This document shows positions 44,116 through 64,000 of a stretch of DNA of 64,000 bases, in pieces (positions within the stretch are counted from its first letter, which is position 1; each line of letters opens with the position of its first letter). The DNA comes from the human T2T-CHM13v2.0 reference genome, Homo sapiens: NCBI RefSeq assembly GCF_009914755.1, contig NC_060925.1. The stretch is one strand, 5' to 3'. The position numbers and the translations under genes were made by a program. The notes under the pieces were generated by a model. The model searched no databases. It worked only from the letters and a program-made list of their open reading frames with translations, and had not been told where the DNA came from.

Positions 44116-45076
44116 ATGAGGACTTTATTATAGTCAAATTCATAGAGAAAGAAAGTTGAATAGTAGTTATTGGGGGCTGGGAGTGGAAAGAAATTGGGAG
44201 TTATTGTTTAATGGGTACAGAATTTCAGTTTGGGATATGAAGGAGTTCTGGATAGTGGAGATGGTTGTATAACAATGTGAATGTACTTAATGGCACTGAA
44301 TTAAAATGGTAAACTTTATGCTATATATATTTTAAACAATAAAAAAAAATAAGTAACTGCACAAGAAAAAAAGACTTAGGCAAGGCATACCCTTGCCAGC
44401 TCCCCAGTCCCTACTACTCCTAATTGTCACAGACACGAGGCTTCTCTCCTTCCTCTGTTTGCCCCCCTAAAAGCCCTTGTTGGCAAATTCTCAAAAGTAA
44501 ATAACTTACAAGCACAGCTCTGAGGCAAATGTCTAAACTAAAGGGCAGAGACTTTAACTGGTTGTTGAATGTGGTGTCTCCAATACCAGGCACATTTGGT
44601 GGCATGAAGTAAATACTGAAAGAGTAACACTAGCAACTGTTACAGACTTTGCTCAGGGTCACCCTTAGTTGGAATCTTATTTTAACCAAGATGTTTCCTT
44701 TTTTGCATTGTAACCCACCCTCAATTACAAAGCTTACAATAATTATTAACAATAGCCCCTACCATTTATTAAGTATCTTTTCTGTATTGGTTGTGATATA
44801 TAGTAACTTTTCATGAGTAATCAGACTCTGCAACATAAATGTTACTCTTTCCATCTGAGAAATGAGGAAACGGAGGCTTAAGAGACATTAAATAACTTTT
44901 CTAAGATCATGTATGGTAGGTAAGTTCAGACCCAAATCTGACTCTAGAGAATGCTTTCTTTGCTACATGATAACACTATTCCCTCTTTCCTCTTCCTTTC
45001 TCTCCAAATTACTAAAAGAGATGGCTGCTGTGATTAAGGCACAAGTTGGTGCTAGGTGCTAAGACCGCAGTAGTAA

Positions 45077-45511
<435 letters not shown>

Positions 45512-45710
45512 TAAAAGCAGATGACATCTCTTCTGCAAGTGGGAATAATAATGTTTAAATCCAACATCTGCCTTTCTGCAAATCCTGTGAGAGCAATAGC
45601 AGACTTTTTACAGTAGTGGAACTTAGTCAGTGTCAACTTTTATGAATGTTTATGATATTCTGGTCCATAAAGCAAATTTCAAAAAATTGGTGACATGTAT
45701 ATCCTATTAA

Positions 45711-46285
<575 letters not shown>

Positions 46286-46288
46286 TTA

Positions 46289-48905
<2,617 letters not shown>

Positions 48906-49684
48906 ACCACCACCACACTGAAATGTTTAGTGTACAAATTTATGGACAATAAATCTGAAAACTGTGTTGAAATGGATATTTCCCAGAAAATCATAACTGA
49001 AAAGAAGTGGCCTAAAAATAAAAGAATCTTTGCATACACTAGGATGGCTGTAATTAAAAAAATAGAAAATAAGTGTTGACAAAGATGTGGAGAAATTGGA
49101 ACCTTCATACATTGCTAGTGGGAATGTAAAGTGGTAGAACTGTTGTGGAAAACAGTTTGGTGGTTCCTCAAAACGCTAACCACGGACTCACCATATGACT
49201 TAGCAATTCCACTCCTAGGTATATACCCCAAAGAACTGAAAGTCAGGAACTCAAACACATACTTATACACCAATGTTCATTGCAGCATTATTCACAAAAG
49301 CCAAAAGGCATAAACAATTGAAATGTCCATCAACTGATGAACGGATAAACATGCAATGAAGTATTATTCAACCTTAAAAAAAGAGTAAAATTTTGATACC
49401 TGCTACAACATGGGTGAACCTTGAAATATTATGCTATAATATTATATGTTAAATGTTATGCTATAATAAGCCAGACACAAGATGACAAATATTGTATGAT
49501 TCCACTTATATAAAATACCTAGAATGGCAAATTTATAAAGACAGAAAGTAAATTAGAGGTTCCCAGGGGCTGGGGTGGTGTGGGGAGAGGAATGGTGAGT
49601 TATTGCTTAATGGTCGTATAATTTCTGTTTGGGGTAATGAAAAATTTTAGAAATACGTAGCAGTAACGGTTGTGATACCGAAAG

Positions 49685-50990
49685 GAGGTACTGGGAAGGG
49701 AAGAGCATGGTCCCTATAAATGATAAGGAAAGGAGGGAAGGAAGTGCTGGGAAGGGAAGAGCATCGTCCCTATAAATGATAAGGAAAGGAGGGAAGGAAG
49801 TGCTGGGAAGGGAAGAGCATGGTCCCTATAAATGATAAGGAAAGGAGGGAAGGAAGTGCTGGGAAGGGAAGAGCATGGTCCCTATAAATGACATAAAAAG
49901 GAGGGAAGGAAGTGCTGGGAAGGGAAGAGCATGGTCCCTATAAATGACATAAAAAGGAGGGAAGGAAGTGCTGGGAAGGGAAGAGCATGGTCCCTATAAA
50001 CGATAAGGAAAGGAGGGAAGGAAGTGCTGGGAAGGGAAGAGCGTCGTCCCTATAAATGATATGGAAAGGAGGGAAGGAAGTGCTGGGAAGGGAAGAGCAT
50101 GGTCCCTATAAATGATAAGGAAAGGAGGGAAGGAAGTGCTGGGAAGGGAAGAGCATGGTCCCTATAAATGATAAGGAAAGGAGGGAAGGAAGTGCTGGGA
50201 AGGGAAGAGCATGGTCCCTATAAATGATAAGGAAAGGAGGGAAGGAAGTGCTGGGAAGGGAAGAGCATCGTCCCTATAAATGATAAGGAAAGGAGGGAAG
50301 GAAGTGCTGGGAAGGGAAGAGCATGGTCCCTATAAATGATAAGGAAAGGAGGGAAGGAAGTGCTGGGAAGGGAAGAGCATGGTCCCTATAAATGATAAGG
50401 AAAGGAGGGAAGGAAGTGCTGGGAAGGGAAGAGCATGGTCCCTATAAATGACATAAAAAGGAGGGAAGGAAGTGCTGGGAAGGGAAGAGCATGGTCCCTA
50501 TAAATGATAAGGAAAGGAGGGAAGGAAGTGCTGGGAAGGGAAGAGCGTGGTCCCTATAAATGATAAGGAAAGGAGGGAAGGAAGTGCTGGGAAGGGAAGA
50601 GCGTGGTCCCTATAAATGATAAGGAAAGGAGGGAAGGAAGTGCTGGGAAGGGAAGAGCGTGGTCCCTATAAATGATAAGGAAAGGAGGGAAGGAAGTGCT
50701 GGGAAGGGAAGAGCATGGTCCCTATAAATGATAAGGAAAGGAGGGAAGGAATTGCTGGGAAGGGAAGAGCATGGTCCCTATAAATGACATAAAAAGGAGC
50801 GAAGGAAGTGCTGGGAAGGGAAGAGCGTGGTCCCTATAAATGATAAGGAAAGGAGGGAAGGAAGTGCTGGGAAGGGAAGAGCATGGTCCCTATAAATGAT
50901 ATGGAAAGGTGGGAAGGAAGTGCTGGGAAGGGAAGAAGAGCATGGTCCCTATAAATGACATGGAAAGGTGGGAAGGAAGTGCTGGGGAGA
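49685..50990 (+). repeat. 56-bp VNTR/minisatellite, ~23 copies
   Basis: Unit gaagtgctgggaagggaagagcatggtccctataaatgataaggaaaggagggaag recurs with 56-bp period. Confidence 0.97.
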
Positions 50991-51710
50991 GGAGGACGTG
51001 AGAACGTGGTCCTTGACTGCAGCTCCACCCCCACAGACCTAGGTGAGGACAGGCATTTTTGTTTTCCTGTCCCAATGTTGCGTTTCCCAAGACCACCCGG
51101 CCTGCCCCGCCCCCATCCTGTGCCTATAAAAACCCCCAAGACCTTAGCAGGCAGACACACAGGTAGCCGGACATGGAGAGGAGCACATCAGTGGAGGAAC
51201 ACACAGGCGGCTGGACGTCCAGAGGAGCACATCAGCAGGCACTGGCACGCCAGCAGGCCGCTGACCAGCAGAACGACGCAGAGTTTGGCTGGGACTGTGG
51301 AAGGGGGTCCCGGGCTGCTGAGTGGCCCCACTCCAGGGGAAAACCTTCCTACTCCATTCTCTTCTGGCTTCCAACATCTGCTAAGAGCTACCTCTACTCA
51401 ATAAAACCTTGCACCCATTCTCTAAGCCCAGGTGTGATCCAATTCTTCTGGTACACCAAGGCAAGAACCCGGCATATAGAAAGCCCTCTCTGTCCTATGA
51501 CAAGGTTGAGAGCCCACTCGAGCTGGTTAACTAACACAAGTCGCCTATAGACAGCAAAACTAAAAGAGCACCCTGTAACACACGCCCACTGGGGCTCCAG
51601 GAGCTGTAAGCATCCACCCCTACATGCTGCCGTGGGGTTGGAGGCCCACAGCCTCTGCCTGTCTGTATGCCCCCCTAGAGGTTTGAGCAGCCTGGCACTG
51701 AAGAAGCGAG

Positions 51711-51818
51711 CCACACCGCCCTCGCACGCCACACTCCCCTCGCACGCCACACCCCCGTCGCACGCCACACCCCCCTCGCACGCCACACCCCCGTCGCACG
51801 CCACACCCCCCTCGCACG
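51711..51818 (+). repeat. 18-bp tandem repeat x6
   Basis: Unit ccacaccccc(c/g)tcgcacg. Confidence 0.95.
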
Positions 51819-52005
51819 CCCTGAGAGGGGGAAAAGGAACTTTACCCGTTTCAGTTGCACAACATTGTGAAAATAATGCCACTGAATTGTACACTTAAAA
51901 ATGTTTAAAGTGACAAGTTTTATGTTACATATATTTTATCACACACAACAAAAGGGGTTAAACATACAGTTACCATATGACCCAGTAATTTCGCCTCTAG
52001 GTATA

Positions 52006-54345
<2,340 letters not shown>

Positions 54346-54649
54346 TTCTGTGGCAGTAGAGGGGATGGAGTAGTGTGAAGTTATTTGCAACTATGTACAA
54401 GTTTTCCCTTCTGTTCTGGTGCCTGGGAAGATAAGCACAGTGCAAAATAAGATTTTTTTTGAGACGGAGTTTCCTAAGATAAGCACAGTGCAAAAATAGT
54501 TTGTCACGCTAGGATTTTGTGGCAAATGAGAGTGAGTGGCCTCCCAAGGTCCCTAGCTGAAGAGTTGAGACACACTGTGGGTCTTTATAAGGCGTTCAAC
54601 CCACTCTTCATTGCAATCCATCCTGACCTTGCCTGGTCATTTCAACACT

Positions 54650-56300
<1,651 letters not shown>

Positions 56301-57611
56301 AAAGTCAGCAAGGCTGGGTCAAGAAAACTCCAAAAGGTCTGAGAGAGGCTGCCTGGCACCATCTTGTCACCCTTGCATCCCCTTCCTTTGGGAAATGGAA
56401 GCTGGAAACTTGGGGCCATTGGAGCTGCAATGGTTTGGTGCTTCTTGCACAACTCTTGCTAATTTCATTTTAGTTACTTATATCTTTGGTTATGATAAAT
56501 GGAATATTTTCATTGTATTCTAGTTTCTGGACTGTAGAAATGTAATTGATTTTTGTCTCTGATCCAACAACTTATTAATTCTAATAATTCATTTGTATAT
56601 TATTTGAGGTTTTCTATGTGGACAGTTTCATCACCTGAGAACAATGACAGTTTGGTTTAATCCTTGCTGCTCCTTACATCCCTTTACTTCCTTTGCTTTT
56701 TAAATTTTATTATTTAGAGACGGGGTTTTGATCTGTCACCCAGGCTGGAGTCTAGTGGTGTGATCCATCTCAGCTCACTGCAGCCTCGACCTCCCAGGCT
56801 CAAGCAATCCTCCCACCTAAGCCTTCCAAATAGCTGAGACTACAGGTGTGCACCACCACGCCTGGTTACTTTTTGTATTTTCTGTAGAGATGGGGTCTTG
56901 CTATGTTGCCCAGGCTGGTCTGGAACTCCTGGACTCAAGAAATCCACCCGCCTCTCCTTCCCAAAGTGTTAGGATTACAGGCGTGAGCCACTGTACCTGG
57001 CCTTCATTACTTCTTTCCAGCCTTCTTTTTAACATAAACATTTAACGCTATATTTTCCTGAAGTACTTTTATTTTTAAAGCTACATCTTATAAGGTTCAA
57101 TATATAGTGTTACTATCATTCCAAGTATTTTCTTTTCTTTTTTTTTTAGAAGTGTGCATGAAGTTGCTTTAAGACTGTGAAGAACCATATAAGCAATATT
57201 ATTATCATCAGCTTGCTCTCTAATTCTGGGCAGAAAGTGATCTAATTAAAATTGGCTGTGCTAATCTACTTACACTAATGTGTTACTTTTTTCTTTCACA
57301 ACCAGGCTTCATTTGCCTCACAAGAACTACATATTTGGAATTCTTTATATCTCATGGCACAATCCATAAATTTATGAATCAGTAACATAATGAGTTAGTG
57401 TATTTTAACTTTTACAAACACAGTTTTTTCTTCTCCAAGTTTTTGTTATTGTTCTTTAATTATATTGTAGACACTAAATAGCTTATATGATGTTGCTTCT
57501 TTGGTATTTGAGATTTGCAAATGTTCCATATGTGCTTGAGAAAAACACATATTCCTTAAATGTTGGATAAAGATTTCTAAATATATCTACTTGGCTGGGT
57601 GTGGTGGCTCA

Positions 57612-57914
<303 letters not shown>

Positions 57915-58191
57915 CTATTAAGGAAAAATTAAATAGAAAACTTGATTAGATCTCTAACAAAGAGGCTGAACTGGTAGTCAATTCAGAAGAATGGTATTAG
58001 AAGTGAGAAGCAGAAAAAACACAGGAATTACATTTTTTGTTCAGTGTTAAGGAGATTTTGCAAATCTCCTTAAAAAAAAAACACACACAAACCAGAAACT
58101 GATCTTAAAGCTATAAGCAGTATAAGTTGAAACTAGGAAAAGAAAGCTATACCATGTTTTTTTGGTAGAAATGATTGTGATGTACAAATTT

Positions 58192-58197
58192 TTTATT
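58192..58197 (-). terminator. FUCA1: FUCA1 poly(A) signal
   Basis: TTTATT on + (AATAAA on -), ~600 nt past the stop. Confidence 0.7.
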
Positions 58198-58794
58198 TGA
58201 TCATACTTAAAAAGACAGAGCAGAATCACATTCATTTTCTTAATAGTATCACTGTAAACATAGCGAATTTTGGCGCTTTTAGATTGCTCTGAAAATTTCT
58301 GAAGAGTTGACCATAGCAGCCTGGTAAGCCTTTTCCTTTCCCCCAAAGCTCTCCTGCCCTTTGCAGAAAGACTGTTGGTGACAACTGATGCTAACTAAAT
58401 AGCATGTGGTTGAGCTTGCCAAATCCTTCCACCTCCTCCCATAGGCAACAGGGTGACTTGGCTTAAAGGCATTGAGTAAGCAAGTAGGTTATCAGAGAAC
58501 AGAGGGAAGATTCCATTGTAGATAATTTCCAAATATTACAATTGATGAACTCAGAGTTCAACTGCTCAGTTCCTTCTTCTGCTGACCTGATACAGATATA
58601 ATCACAATGGATCTCAGATCTTTGGTCCATTTAGACATCAGGGTAATGTACTCAGTTCCTTTAATTAAAATGTGTTGGAAAAGCCATCTCTGGGTGGAGA
58701 AGAGAAGTTCGTTGATTATAGTGATGGTACTATAAGAGAAAAACTGAAGCAGGAAAACAGTGAGCAGCGCCTCTTTCTTCTTGCACTCAAATGA

Positions 58795-61949
<3,155 letters not shown>

Positions 61950-62046
61950 CTATGAATGCCAAGCCTGGCATCATGCTTAAAATAGACAGAGAAGAAAAAG
62001 AATCTAGGGCACACTCTGTTTTTTAAATATCCTCTGCTGTTTTAAT

Positions 62047-64000
<1,954 letters not shown>

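Larger units (their letters stand above)
49673..51853 (+). mobile_element. ERV1-class solo LTR (LTR1/HUERS-P2-like) with internal tandem expansions
   Basis: TG...CA termini; 4-bp TSD GTTG (49669-49672 / 51854-51857); TATAAA at 51125; AATAAA at 51400; LTR1-like motifs gacctaggtgaggacaggca and ggcggctggacgtc. Confidence 0.8.
48920..51950 (+). mobile_element. L1M(B)-type LINE 3' fragment split by an LTR insertion
   Basis: L1 3' motifs (agcaattccactcctaggtatatacccaaaagaactg; ggttg|cacaacattgtga...gccactgaattgtacacttaaaa) rejoin across 49673-51853. Confidence 0.75.

Noticed and set aside
49685-50990. Regular repeat array superficially like a CRISPR array
   Set aside because: Units are head-to-tail with no unique spacers, there are no cas genes, and the context is primate genomic DNA. 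It is a VNTR.
51394-51898. ORFs with (CEGGVA)n or (ATPPSH)n repeats resembling a metal-binding peptide
   Set aside because: They are translations of the 18-bp tandem repeat inside an LTR, open in several frames and on both strands, with no splice or coding support.

Overview
Alu-rich primate genomic DNA, by recognised proteins the human 1p36.11 locus. In order it holds the last coding exon and 3'UTR of PITHD1 (+), complete LYPLA2/APT2 (+, 9 coding exons, 231 aa), complete GALE (-, 10 coding exons, 348 aa), complete HMGCL (-, 9 exons, 325 aa), a ~20 kb repeat-dense intergenic block, and the last three coding exons and 3'UTR of FUCA1 (-). All coding exons were reconstructed by hand from GT/AG boundaries and join in frame. 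I see no new gene system, CRISPR array, or rRNA/tRNA gene, and most ORF-track hits are Alu or antisense artefacts. The most notable unexplained structures are: (1) an Alu whose target-site duplication copied a GALE 5' splice site, leaving a perfect-consensus competing donor; (2) a 65-bp near-perfect templated insertion in an HMGCL intron copied from 5.2 kb away; (3) a large fold-back palindrome at ~42.0-42.9 kb; (4) an ERV1 LTR1-like solo LTR carrying a ~23-copy 56-bp TATA-containing VNTR; (5) a decayed ~128-bp tandem repeat near the FUCA1 3' end; (6) a decayed ~41-bp repeat in LYPLA2 intron 1. Repeat family names come from recognising consensus motifs by eye, and repeat boundaries are approximate.
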